A program made the translations under genes and the position numbers. Below the pieces are notes generated by a model. The model was given only the letters and a program-made list of their open reading frames with translations. It was not told the DNA's origin and made no database searches. A stretch of DNA of 64,000 nucleotides from Chlorokybus atmophyticus. Taxonomy: Eukaryota; Plantae; Mesostigma and Chlorokybus algae. This document shows, piece by piece, positions 1-11,029 of the stretch. Each line of letters begins with the position of its first letter. Within the stretch, counting starts at the first letter, position 1. Location of the stretch: assembly GCA_009103225.1 (NCBI GenBank), contig RHPI01001132.1, forward strand, positions 124,001 to 188,000, read 5' to 3'.

Positions 1-850
1 TCGGTCTTCCTTCGCACACCGCTCCAAACCCCAGCACTCAGCCTACTAAAAGTAGAGCAAGGGGAAGGCCTCTTCAACAGCTACCGTCAAGCACCTTTCA
101 CACACTATACCAGTACGTATTGCGCATTATGAAGTCAACAGTTGTGATTGTCTGGGCTTCGCCAGCAACCTCCTTATATACTCAAATTTGCTGCCTTCCC
201 ACTTAGCCACGCATGGACCGAGTAGCACCTTATCAGCCAGCTGGCTAAGTGCCCTCCCATCTACACGTGCTGACCTTAGTCATGCTCCGCCACCTTGGGC
301 TGTAGAGTTAGCAATCAAACACATCAAGTTACAATTCACTATTTAATTGTCTTAATAGAGCATCCTTTCGCGGATGATACCAACACGGAGTGGTCCTCAT
401 ATGAGGCAGCAAAGCATGTGACATCACATCATGTGACTGTGTACTGCTTGGCCATGTGCTAGCTCCTCCTAATACTTGTACAATTTCTGGCATAAGGCGC
501 TTAGGCTGAGAGATTGGTTGCAAACATGTGTCCCACTGTGCATTAGATCAACACATGGGAAGAGCAGACATCTGCAACCAGCCGTCAAGCTATGCCATAG
601 TTTGCAGCACATGAGAAAGAGTAAAGTCCTGCCTCTTGAGCGTGGCACCCCTCCCCACTTGCATTGCAGCGCCCTCGCTGCAAATGGATGGACTTCATGT
701 CTGAACAAGTAAGCAAGACCAAGGTGGCCAACCTTGCGGCTCTCTATGCGTGAAATTGTGCAAGTCACGAAATTGCAAAACATAACCAATTGCGAGCGGG
801 TAAATGGCAACCAAGGAAAGAAACTGACAGCATGCGCACTTGCTTGCCAG
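1..850 (+). mobile_element. Highly degenerate non-LTR (RTE-like) retrotransposon 3' fragment
   Basis: Frameshifted pieces resemble RTE RT C-terminal motifs (KLQ/LFNCL..SIL ~325-375; RPRCKWMDF ~670-695). No intact ORF; weak by-eye match only. Confidence 0.3.
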
Positions 851-1005
851 CAGAGCTAACACACTTGTGTTGCTCTTAAATGGCCCTGTGGATCAAAGTT
901 TGCTCTCAAACTCCGCAACGATGTCCGCACATCTGATCATGTTAGCAATAAGCTGGGTGTTAAGTTCCTCACCATACACACCGCCTGACGTTCAAAAACC
1001 ATGAC

Positions 1006-1274
1006 TGGTTCGTGCCGCCGGACCGGGATTGTTCCCTACAGCATGAATTTGGTGGACCATACACGGTCCGTTTTTCATCGACCGTCGGACCATTCATGGT
1101 TCTAATATCACGTGAATGGTACCATGGTCCCTTGGTATGCACCAGCTAAGGTCCGACCAATTGCGGCTGCATAGGGACCAGTGTATGGTCCGGCCTGCGG
1201 ACCAAATACCAATATGTATTATTGAGGGCAATTGCAGTAAAACCTACATTATTTGTAGCCGGCGGCACCGGCCA
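1006..1274. repeat. Foldback / MITE-like element
   Basis: Inverted pairs: GTGCCGCCGG 1012-1021 / 1259-1268; GGACCATACAC 1054-1064 / 1181-1191; GTCGGACC ~1084 / ~1150. About nine GGWCC motifs. No TSD identified. Confidence 0.4.
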
Positions 1275-1333
1275 CGCTCGACCAAGGCTGCGGCGAACCC
1301 CGCGGCGTTAGGGGAATAATTTGTTAAGAAACA

Positions 1334-1395
1334 TGCATTCGATCGGATTCGAACACAGGACCTTTCGAACAAACAAAGACGACGTCATAACCACT
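1334..1395 (-). pseudogene. 3' portion of a degenerate tRNA-like sequence (TGT at the anticodon position; tRNA pseudogene or SINE head), split by YR element 1
   Basis: Minus strand reads AGTGGTTATGACGTCGTCTTTGTTTGTTCGAAAGGTCCTGTGTTCGAATCCGATCGAATGCA, with B-box GTTCGAATCC. The matching 5' portion GCGGTTATAGTTT lies at 7830-7818. Stems pair poorly. Confidence 0.55.
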
Positions 1396-1567
1396 ATTAT
1401 ACTACTTTGTACAAGATGAACGATTTGCATTCCATTTGTTTCAAACAATTATCCTACCTACACTCCAACTTTGGCAAGAACACCTAAGCCCTTACAATCA
1501 TGTGCGTTCATCGTTATCAGTATGGTTTACGTGATGAACAACTATGAATGCATTGGACATTCTACCT
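1396..1567. repeat. Split direct repeat B2 of YR element 1
   Basis: ~170-bp direct repeat of 1987-2156 (attatactactttgtac...cattctacct). Confidence 0.9.
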
Positions 1568-1800
1568 GTACCGACAGTGGCTAGCAATGATGCGAAATGC
1601 CGTCGATGTGACATCAATATCGCACAGTCAGCAGCATGCTGCCGATGTAACAAGGATCTTACTTAGATGAGACTTATGCATCCAGGTTCACGATCCACTT
1701 GTCTTGTTCATGAGCATGAGTATGCACTTCGAAGCGCAATCGAGATGAGGCGCATGATTCTTGTGAAGCGCGGCGGCGCATTTAAACTGGGCGAGAAAGG

Positions 1801-2156
1801 CGAACTTTCGGGCATCGCAAGCAACGCCGCCGCTGAGGTAACGGCCGTAACTGCCTCTGTCGCCTGACACGTGTGTGTCAAGCAACAGAGGCAAACCGTA
1901 AGTTAAACTATATATGCTAATCACTTCCTAATCAATTTGTTAAACGAAACTCGCCGGCCAATAGTTAAAGCCGACGAGGAATGCCCATTATACTACTTTG
2001 TACACGATGAACGATGTACAGTCCTTTTGTTTCAAACCATCATCCTACCACAGTCCAACTTTTGCAAGATCACCTAAGCCATACGATCATGCGCGTTCAT
2101 CGTTATAAGTATGATTTACGTGATGAACAAGTGTGAATGCATTAAACATTCTACCT
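1801..2156. repeat. Internal A2 (1801-1986) + B1 (1987-2156) junction of YR element 1
   Basis: A2 matches 7620-7817, including a 40-bp palindrome; B1 matches 1396-1567; the two abut at 1986/1987. Confidence 0.88.
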
Positions 2157-2287
2157 CCCCCTCCCAAGCATATATCAGTAGGGAAGAGTTGTAGGTGTAA
2201 CGCCTGGTGTATTTGTATTACCAAAGTTGCAAATCGAGATAGTTGTGTTTAATTATCTGATAGTATTTAATCCTTGCGCAGATTGTT

Positions 2288-3566
2288 GTGTGCAGTTGTC
2301 TGACCATGTGTGTGATTGCTGTGCGGATGGACTTTGCACAGCGCTTGCAACATACCGCTGATACCCAACGCACCGCACGCGCGCCTGTGCGTCCGCAGCA
2401 AGTCACCAGCTGTAATGTTCATGAGCAAGCAGCGGCAGCGCTTTTCATAATCGAGCGCATCAGCCGTGAAGCTGTATCTGATGGCACTCGCGACAGACGC
2501 GATCGCGTCTGGCAAGAGTTTGCCAACTACCTGCAACATCATACGCTCAACATTGCCGTCGCCAATGTCACCCTAGCTGTTGTCACAAGCTACCTTGCTC
2601 GACACCGGACCGACACACACATTGGCAAATCTCGCAGGCTCGACCTCCATGGTCATCGCATGATTGCCAGCACCACACTGGACAACGTAGTTTCACATCT
2701 CATATGCTCGTTTAGACTTCTAGGGCGCATCAGCCCTAGGGACAGCGACACATTCACAAGGAACCCGCTTCTGTCCATAGACATGCGCGAGTTTCGCCAA
2801 GGATATGCAAAAATTGCTGTTCGGCAAGGAGTTCAACCTATTCCTCCTGTGCCATTGGCCATTAATGACATGCGTACACTGATCCTCTACTTCCAACAGC
2901 AGCTGTCCACCATACCTTAGGAATTGACAGTCACAGCATGATAAGGCTGTGCTCTGGCATTACTATGCACTTTGCCTATACCTATGATGCACATGGCAAC
3001 GGGGTGGTGAAGGTGCGTGCGTACGGATGCACGAGATACAAGCGGCAGGTTCTGGGCTGACGGCCACTGTAATACACCTCAAGAATTATAGCACCGGAGG
3101 CGCACCCACCATACAAGTGCGCAGCAGTGGTCTGCCTGTGGAGTTCTCCAAAGCGCTCTATGCCTATCTAACCTACTGTTGCGGGAGCTCCTTCGCCATC
3201 ACCACTGGTCCTCTATTTCGGCCTGTTGCTAAGAACAGGTTGAAGTGGGAAGAACATGGCATGTCTGGTAACTGCGCATACCATGTAATTGTGCGCTGTT
3301 GCAAGGCGTGTGGCATATATAGGCCGCACCTGGGGTTGCACTCTTTCAGGCATGGTGCCGCTCAGAGCGCCTTCCAATGTGGTGTTACTCTGGAAGAAAT
3401 ACAAGCTCAAGGCACATGGAGAAGTGCTGTCATCGTGCACCGTTACCTACATGCAAGGTACGCTTACCCAATGCACAAAAGCGCAAATGTATGGGTAGCG
3501 ACCAGGGTTGATGCTGTCTTCAGGTACTCGGGCACCACATTTAAACCATTCGGGCCGTGGGCCTAA
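2288..3566 (+). pseudogene. Tyrosine recombinase of YR element 1 (stops and a frameshift around 2918-3025)
   Basis: RGGE after a frameshift (~3000), HLK, LHSFRHGAA, QGTWRS...HRYL: the R-K-H-R-W-Y catalytic set. N-terminal ORF 2288-2920. Confidence 0.85.
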
Positions 3567-3870
3567 TCTCTCATAATAAGTGAATTGCCAATCGCGAAGC
3601 ACTGGCCACCACACAGTAGAGTGCCATTTAGGCACCAACACCACAACTGGCAGCTGGTAATACTGCAATAATGTTGTGGCTTCATGCAGGAGAGCCAATG
3701 GCGAGTGACACCAAACAAAGCCGCCCCCCAAGCGTTAAAGAACATCGCACCAGCTTGTAGTTCGAGCATTTCCTAAACTTCCAGGCATGTGTATGTAACT
3801 TATGTAAGCAGGCGCTTTCCTGTTCCAATCAGCTGCAAAACAGTCCAATGTTGGGTGTCCAACATGCTGC
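3447..3870 (-). pseudogene. Dam-like (N6-adenine methyltransferase-like) domain of YR element 1
   Basis: LDCFAA (DRFA-like), VWCHSP, VVVLVPKWHSTVWWPVL downstream of RNase H, the usual DIRS position. Confidence 0.7.
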
Positions 3871-3948
3871 TATATATGCGCGGTTGCGTCTGCGGTTAGG
3901 GCCCCTCCTCTGTCAGTAAATATGGATAATGCATCCGCATCGCGCAGC

Positions 3949-5396
3949 TCATCGCGCGAGCGCTACACATATCAGGGCAATATCACGCTCCCAGCACAAA
4001 GACCACAACTGAGGTAAAGCTTGCAGCACATAAGGCTCAAAAGCAGACAACTTGTTCAGCATTTGAATTGCTTGTTGACAATCACCAGTAATGCGCACTG
4101 TACAGTGCTGGAGAGCATGCGTGCGCGCCACTTCAGTAAATGCTTGCACATAAGCGAGTGCCTCCTTGACAGCCGACGGCAGTGACATATGCTCAGGCTT
4201 AAAGTTGCCCGCCATGCGAGGCCAAGTGCCTGTCGCCCCCCAACCAATTGTACCCGAAGCGTCCACATGCAGCTCAAGCAATATGGGGGGCTTCCACCAA
4301 GCATTGCCATCGTAAGTTTGCAAGCCAGCAGCAGCCCAATCACAGAAGTGTCTCAAAGCGTTCATATCACCCGCATTATCGTCCCATGCATCCGTGCCAA
4401 TACCAGATGCATCAATTTGCGAGCATAAATGCTTGCAGGTGCAAAAGCTAGCTTCAGCGCAATCAATTTGCCAGCAATGCATGCTAGGTGGCGCTTGGTC
4501 GATACAGGAGCCTCTGCCAATTCTTTCATCAGCTGCAATAGCTTAGCCAACTTGCTTGAGGGGACGGCAAAAGAGCCGGTCACTGTGTCCACCAGCAGAC
4601 CCAACAACTGCACTACTTGTTCCGACCACAATTGGCTTTTCTTCACAAAAATTTAGAAGCCAAGGGTCTTGAATAGACGCAATACACGGCGAATGCGCCA
4701 GCACAAATGCCAATGATTGGAATGGCTGAAGTGCATGTTGTCAATATAAGCCAGGCAAGGAAAACTAATTGCCCGCAAAGGCGTGAAGACACTAGACATT
4801 AAGGTCGTAAACAACCAGCTTTCTTGATTTAGGCCAAATAGCACTACAATCCATCTGTATGTGACTCCAACATAGCGCAAAACCAAGTAAGGCTTACTGT
4901 CCTCATGAATGGGCACATGTTGATACCCCGAATTTAAATCTGCTGTCACTTGCCAAAAATGGCGCTTTGTGTACAACAATATATCGCGTAACCGATCATA
5001 ACTAAAGGGAATGTGGCGCAAAAAAAGGTTGATATACCTCAGATCCATAGTGAGCCTCAAACGTTTCTCCTGCTCAACTACACCTATTCCAGTAACCACT
5101 GCCACATCATGCGCACTCACAACAGAGATTGCTTCTGTTTTGCCAAAGTTGGCCAATTTAGTGAAAACGTAATTGCGATGCATGGAGGCGGACTTGCGAT
5201 TGCGAAACACAACTGGTGTTGGGAAAATGTGTGACAGAGTAGGTCTAATGTCATCAACACCAAAGCCTTCTGCCTTCATCAATGCATGTAATTCTTCCCA
5301 CTTGCGTCGATTTAAAGTTTGAGTGCCCACCCATTGCAAGCGACGCCTATAATGCAACCAGTCCAGCACAAATGTCTTCTTGCCTTGCATGGTCAA
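3949..5396 (-). pseudogene. RT and RNase H of YR element 1
   Basis: LRLTMDLRYIN, DLNSGYQHVPIH, FGL, YIDN (from YIDD); RNase H HVDAS...KEALA...TGDCQ. Several frameshifts. Confidence 0.88.
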
Positions 5397-6239
5397 TCAC
5401 AACCTTGTGGTCCATACTGTAAGCCGTTGCTGTAAAGTGGCTGCTACAAAGTTCTCCGCATCCCGAGTTTCAGTGCATAGCTGTTCTGCTCAATGGGTTG
5501 CAGAGTTGAGATACTCTTCAAGGTCATTTTACACATGTGACAACTCTGCATCTATAGAACGGATGTCTTCTTGCTGCTGTGTGGCAGGTACGCTCGCAAC
5601 AGTGTGTGGCACTTGTGTAATAACATTAACATGCTCCTCTACTGGAGGTATATGGTCCACTGCCAATGCTGGCATTGCAGGATCCCACTCTGCTTGGATG
5701 CAGTCATCCTCAAAAAAAGCACTAATAGCGACCCGTTCGTCAGGTGTGCTATGTCTGCACACATGTAAGTCGATTAAGCCATGCCAAAGTTGACTAGTAG
5801 TTTCAGCTATGCCAACTGTACTTGTCCAGCAACATACAGCTGTGCATCATGCACACATAATATCGTCAGCATTGAAGACCTGCACATGTAGTATACAACG
5901 GTACATGACCCAAACATGCATACATGCGCATTTACGCGCTGCTATGATACACCAGCACCTCCTGACATGCACTGCCACTGCACACGCGCACTCGCGCATT
6001 GCTGTAATACACACACCAGCATCTTTGACATGCATTGCCACTGCACTACTTAGCAGATGTATTGGCTGCACTACTCACTGCTGCAAGGCCAGGCGCTACT
6101 GCTCTTGCATGGGTACATAATATGCTTCTTACTGAACTGGCATAGCCTGCTGACTGTAATTGCGGCCTCCGCGACCATAATCACCACGACCACCACGGCC
6201 GTAACCATTATGGCCGCGACCACGCTGAAACGGGGTGCT

Positions 6240-7330
6240 CCCTTTTTATGTAACAGAGCGCCTGCAGGCGCACCATTGCAAGTATGTTATGATGTGTAAC
6301 AAACTTCCAATGAGACTCACAGGTATGACTGTGCTCAGTGCGACCAGTTGTGCTACTACTCTACCATACAAGTGATGTGCACCATCACATGAATAAGCGA
6401 CGTGCCCTGCTTGACAAACATGACAGGGACCCAAGCGTGCATTGCTCTATTAACATGGTGCTGCAGCTAGTGTTGACGAACGGGCGCACGTAGCACCATG
6501 TCTGACGGCAACTGTTGTGCACGCAATATGCACACATTGTGCGACTTGCTGAACAGGCGTGCATAGCACCATTACAAATGATAGCAGCTGCTAAACAGGC
6601 TGCATGCACACATTGTGCGTGTTTATGAGCAGGCGCATTGCACCATTACATTGATCAGCAGTGGCCAATCATACTGCATGCACACATAATGTGATTTATG
6701 CTTGAGCAGTGTGCACATGCCAGCGCTTTGCTTCTATGTTGTGAGACAACTCTCAGATCAACAACTTGTTGAACAGACTTATTGAGGAATAGAAGTCTTG
6801 GCCTTTTGCATGGCTGCCTTGCCCTGGAAGCTGTAGGCGAGCTGTATCAAGCGGCGCATGACCTTGGCCTCCTTGTGTTTGCAATTGATGCGAGCATCGT
6901 TGATGATACCCCGCACCCCACTCGCAAAGGCTGTTGCAAAGTCTACATTTCCGTGCACATGCGTGAGCAGCATCTGATACAGGAGTGCCACCAACTGCGC
7001 AACTGGCGGACCTGTGAAGAGAGCGCGGCCAATTGCCTCGAAGCAGCCTTGCACGCCAGCAGAGAGCTTGCGCGTGCAATGCTCCTCCCACAAAGCATAT
7101 GTCTCCAAGGGATTAAACAGGCGCTTGATGAAGCCTGTGCGCTTGATGTACTTGGTATGCTTGTCTCCAAAATCGGAGCTGTCCACATCAGAGGAGGAGG
7201 ATGACGAGGAGGACGTGTGCTTATCCTTCTTCCTTTTGTTCCTCTTGACTTTCTTCTTTTTGTTTACCTCTTCCTTCTCCCCTGAAGAGGATGATACCTC
7301 CCCTCTAATATGCCTACGCCGAGGCACCTT
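6240..7330 (-). pseudogene. gag-like ORF of YR element 1
   Basis: Basic/Ser-rich ORF 6779-7327 and zinc-knuckle-like CHVCQAGHVAYSC (~6390-6425), between A1 and RT. Confidence 0.55.
6455..6720. repeat. Degenerate 74-76-bp tandem repeat (3-4 units) inside YR element 1
   Basis: atgcacacat at 6528, 6604 and 6678; gaac.ggcg...tagcaccat at ~6477 and ~6551. Confidence 0.75.
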
Positions 7331-7619
7331 GAGGAGCGACCTCCAAGGGCTGTGCAGCGTCTCCCAGCGTCACGCCCTAAGCCAGCGTCACGACATAACG
7401 CCTTTTGGCATGACCAGTCTCCACACATGACTTTTGCGGCGGTGGCGAGGCTATTGGCTCAGCAGGCTGCGTAGCCTTGCGCAAATTGCGCGCACGCCTA
7501 TTCCCCTCATTGGTCGCTTGTTCACCTTCAGTGGCCGCTTTCTTCCGGCAACGCTGCCCGCCCGCAGCCGCAGCTCGTTTCTTCAGCGGCATTGGGCACT
7601 CTTCCCCCCAAACTATCAT

Positions 7620-7817
7620 CGAACTTTCGGCCATCGCCAGCAGTGTCGCCAGCAACGCCGTCGGTGAAGTGATGGCCGTAACTGCCTCTGTTGCTTGACA
7701 CACGTGTGTCAAGCAACAAAGGCAAACCCTACCTTAGACCATATATGTTAAGCACTTACTCATCAATTTATCAAACGAACCTCGCCGGCCCAAAGTTGGA
7801 GCCGACGAGTAATGCCC
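7620..7817. repeat. Terminal repeat A1 of YR element 1 with 40-bp palindrome (7684-7723)
   Basis: Matches 1801-1986; gcctctgttgcttgacacac|gtgtgtcaagcaacaaaggc (one mismatch, no loop). Confidence 0.88.
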
Positions 7818-7857
7818 AAACTATAACCGCAAGTACCACCGGTACGTGCGGTTAACC

Positions 7858-7925
7858 TGTTGAAAACTAGTAATGCGCCTATTGTATGTGTATGCGCCTC
7901 TTACATACAAGTGTGCACAGTGTAT
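7858..7925 (-). mobile_element. Fragment of the 3' end of a copia LTR (family LTR1)
   Basis: tgttgaaaactagtaatgcgcc...tacaagtgtgcaca matches the LTR1 terminus; only GGTTA of the PBS remains. Confidence 0.6.
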
Positions 7926-10511
7926 GCTCATGCCTTATGGCGTAAGCTTACCCCTTGCGCCCAAGAGGTACCATGCGTGCGTACAGTATACGCATTAGTC
8001 CAAATGCACTTAGTCATGTCCCATTTTGCATGTGTCTTGGACGCTTTGCGCCTCATATGTGTTTTAAGTGGGCGTTAGGTGTGAGCAGCTACTAGCGAAA
8101 GTAGAAGAGAATCGGTAGATCTGTTTAAACGCTTCCTTTCGGGCCCCCACATTAATACCCATAGAGGACAGCACTTGCAACAGCACTACAATTGAAGAGA
8201 GGGTGGGGGGCATCGAAGTGGGAGTGACAGCAGTTAAGGAATCCATCTAGTGATGCGGACTGGCCGTCTCCTCCACCATGTCACACCAAGCCCGTGCCTG
8301 GCTGGTGGCAGGCTGCTGAAGCCACTTAGTGAGAGGAGGTTGTGGGGGGAAGGAACCACGTTGCACACCGTGAGCACCCATAGGTTGGGTCGGCTTGTGC
8401 TTGCAATGCACCTCGTGCCATCCAACCTCCAGCGCGCTTGCAAATATGGGAGGAGCAGGCTCTGATGGTGCTGGTGGTGAGGTTGTTGAGAATGGACGCG
8501 GAGCTGCTCCGGTGGAAGCATTGGCAGCTGGCGCTGGCATTATTAAGGGCGAGCCAGCAGCAGGGAGAGTGGATGAGGTGGGTGTGAGCAGGGGCCGTTC
8601 TGCTAGTTGCTCAGGCAATGCCTTTAGGCATTAAGCACGCGTGCGCCCAGTTTGTTTGCGAAGAAAGCCGGTAAAAGGGGAGAATGAGGTGACAATGGCC
8701 ACCGTGTAAGTCAGCCAAGCCTCCGCTTGACGAATATGAAGGGAGAGTTGTTTGGGGACAGTGATGTCAGGGAGAGTTGAAAAGCGGCATCTTGTCTTAG
8801 AATTTTTTAAGGGAGGGCGGGCAGCGTTTGAAGAAGGACGAAGAGCCGGGCCGATTTGTCAAAAGCGTTGCACTGCAGCATGAACGAATTAAAGCAACAC
8901 TTGACGCATTCTCGAAAGGGAGATTCAAGAGCGTGTGCTTCGCTGAGAGGATGCTCAGTCCTCTCAGCAAAGCACACGCTTTGGTGTGCCATTGCATGGG
9001 GGGAGCTTGTGCTTTTTTGCACGTGCGAAACTTGTTTTGCCCATGAGACGTAGGAAAAGGCACAATGTACAATTTGTGTGCCAGCTATTGGGTGCGCAAA
9101 AGACAGCAAACTACTTGTGCCACCGTCCGTGCACATTAACTGCAGCCAAGTGCTACGCAAACACGGATAGCAAAAACTAGTGCAGGTGTGAAAGGGAAAG
9201 AGAACACCGAGGTACGAGCGCTGAGCACACTCTGTCACTCCTTATAACTTGACTCAGTAATAGTGAAACCTAGACAGTCTAATTACTCCATCAAGACAGT
9301 AGAAAAAAGCTATAGGGGATGCACATACCAATACAACATTGGCTAGAGGCCCCACCAGGCGTGGTAGTGGTGCCTGAAGCGGAGCTGCCGGCCGGGTGCC
9401 AGGGGGCGCCCGCAGTTTAGGCCAAGCCGTTGACTGCCGGAGAGTTAACATCGTGCATCATGTTCTTCGTAGAGGCAACTTTTTTTCACTTTAAGCGTGG
9501 AAAAACGAAAAGCTTAAATAATCAGCGCCTACCACCGATCTTGGAAAGCCTTGATCAACTTCCATCATTAGGTAAGCAAAACCCTAAAAGAGCAAGTTGA
9601 GCGCAGGAGAGCAAATCTGACCAGAGTTACACACGCACTATTGCAGCCTCATAGCGCCTATTCAAAACAGCTGCACTCCGCAGCAAGTGCTGCAAGAACT
9701 ACACACAGTGCGGAGTGCAGCACTTGTTATCTCCCCCACCGCAGCCGCTTTTGCCCCAGGATTAGCGTCGCTTAATTGCCGCCACCACAACAACGGTCAA
9801 TTGCCACGGTTAAAACATCCGCTGCACTGCCCCGCCAGCGCGAAACCCCAACGACCGCAGGCGCACAGCGGGTGGGCGAGCGGCTAGCCTGGGCGGAGCC
9901 AAGCCCAGCCACCCTCCACAGGTTCACACCCCACTTAGCCCCCCCTCCCTACGCTGCTGCTGCTGCTGCCGCCGCCACCGCCCTCAAGCCTCTACCCTAT
10001 ACAAGCCTAGCAATAACTTTTGTGCAAAGTGTTAGAAGCATACGAGCACGGAGTTACTGACAAAGTCAAAGCCTCGTGCACTTAGCTTCCAAATTTCATA
10101 AACAATCAAGGTCATTAGGGTCAAATGTATTGTAATATGACATCGGCTATGATGCGAACCATGCTAAAATCGGATTCAATCGCGCTCCGCTTGAGGCTAT
10201 CCGCCTCATTATAATAGTCTCAACGAGTAATTTTCTTTTGGGGTCATTTGAGACCTCCAACAAATGGCGTTTTTGCCACCGCAAATCATTCAATTACCAA
10301 TTTTCATTCACAGAGAGGCCTAAATCGTCTAGTACAGTCCACATTATAATCATAATCAACGACAACTAGCCCCCACGCCCGACGCAAAGCTTACAAACGC
10401 CCCCATAAGCTTGCAATGTCATAAGCAAAATTACATCAAGGCTTGCAACAGCCTTGTCAGCAGCCCAACGCAAAGCTTACAAACGCCCCCATAAGCTTGC
10501 AATGTCATAGT

Positions 10512-10890
10512 CTAAAATACATAAAGGCATGCAACACCCTTACCAGCAGCCTCAAGATGCGCAGAAGCCCCTTCCCACATGTGGGCAACACTTTCCCACA
10601 GATCGGATGTCAGAAACGACACCGTTTTAACCTTAAGCAATACGTTAGCGATATGCAATACACGCTTACAACTAGAGAGCCGGTCACGCACCAAGCAATA
10701 CCAAGACCCGTGCCCTACCCAGTATGGGTACTCGAGAAGAACTCAAAGCGTGGCATCATCTTGCAGGTGTTTGCGGCTATCATCTTCGCGAGTTGCTGCT
10801 CGCGTTGCTCTTTCATGAAGGCATTGGCCGCGACCATGGTTTGCAGCTGGTTTTGTAGCTTTGTAACCTGGACCGCGAGTGCATTGACAA
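10512..10890 (-). pseudogene. Possible degenerate retrotransposon gag remnant
   Basis: Coiled-coil stretch (QVTKLQNQLQ..EQREQQL) followed by a gag-like VSFLTSDLWESVAHMWE in a shifted frame. Weak. Confidence 0.3.
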
Positions 10891-11029
10891 CTGATTAATT
10901 AGTGTTAAAGCAACATTTGCTCGCGCACAAGTACGCAACAAGTGTAATGTTGAACACACACACACACAAGGTCAGCTGTGCACGCAGCTGCACTCACAAA
11001 TGCACGCAAATAGTGTGCAAACTACTCTG

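Larger units (their letters stand above)
1396..7817 (-). mobile_element. YR retrotransposon 1 (DIRS order, PAT/kangaroo-like, split direct repeats, YR antisense to pol), decayed
   Basis: On the minus strand: A1 (7817-7620), gag, RT, RNase H, Dam-like domain, then YR on the opposite strand, B1 (2156-1987) abutting A2 (1986-1801), spacer, B2 (1567-1396). No TSD. Confidence 0.88.

Noticed and set aside
1334-1410. Functional tRNA gene
   Set aside because: T-stem and anticodon stem pair poorly, and the 5' part is 6.4 kb away; at best a split pseudogene or SINE head.
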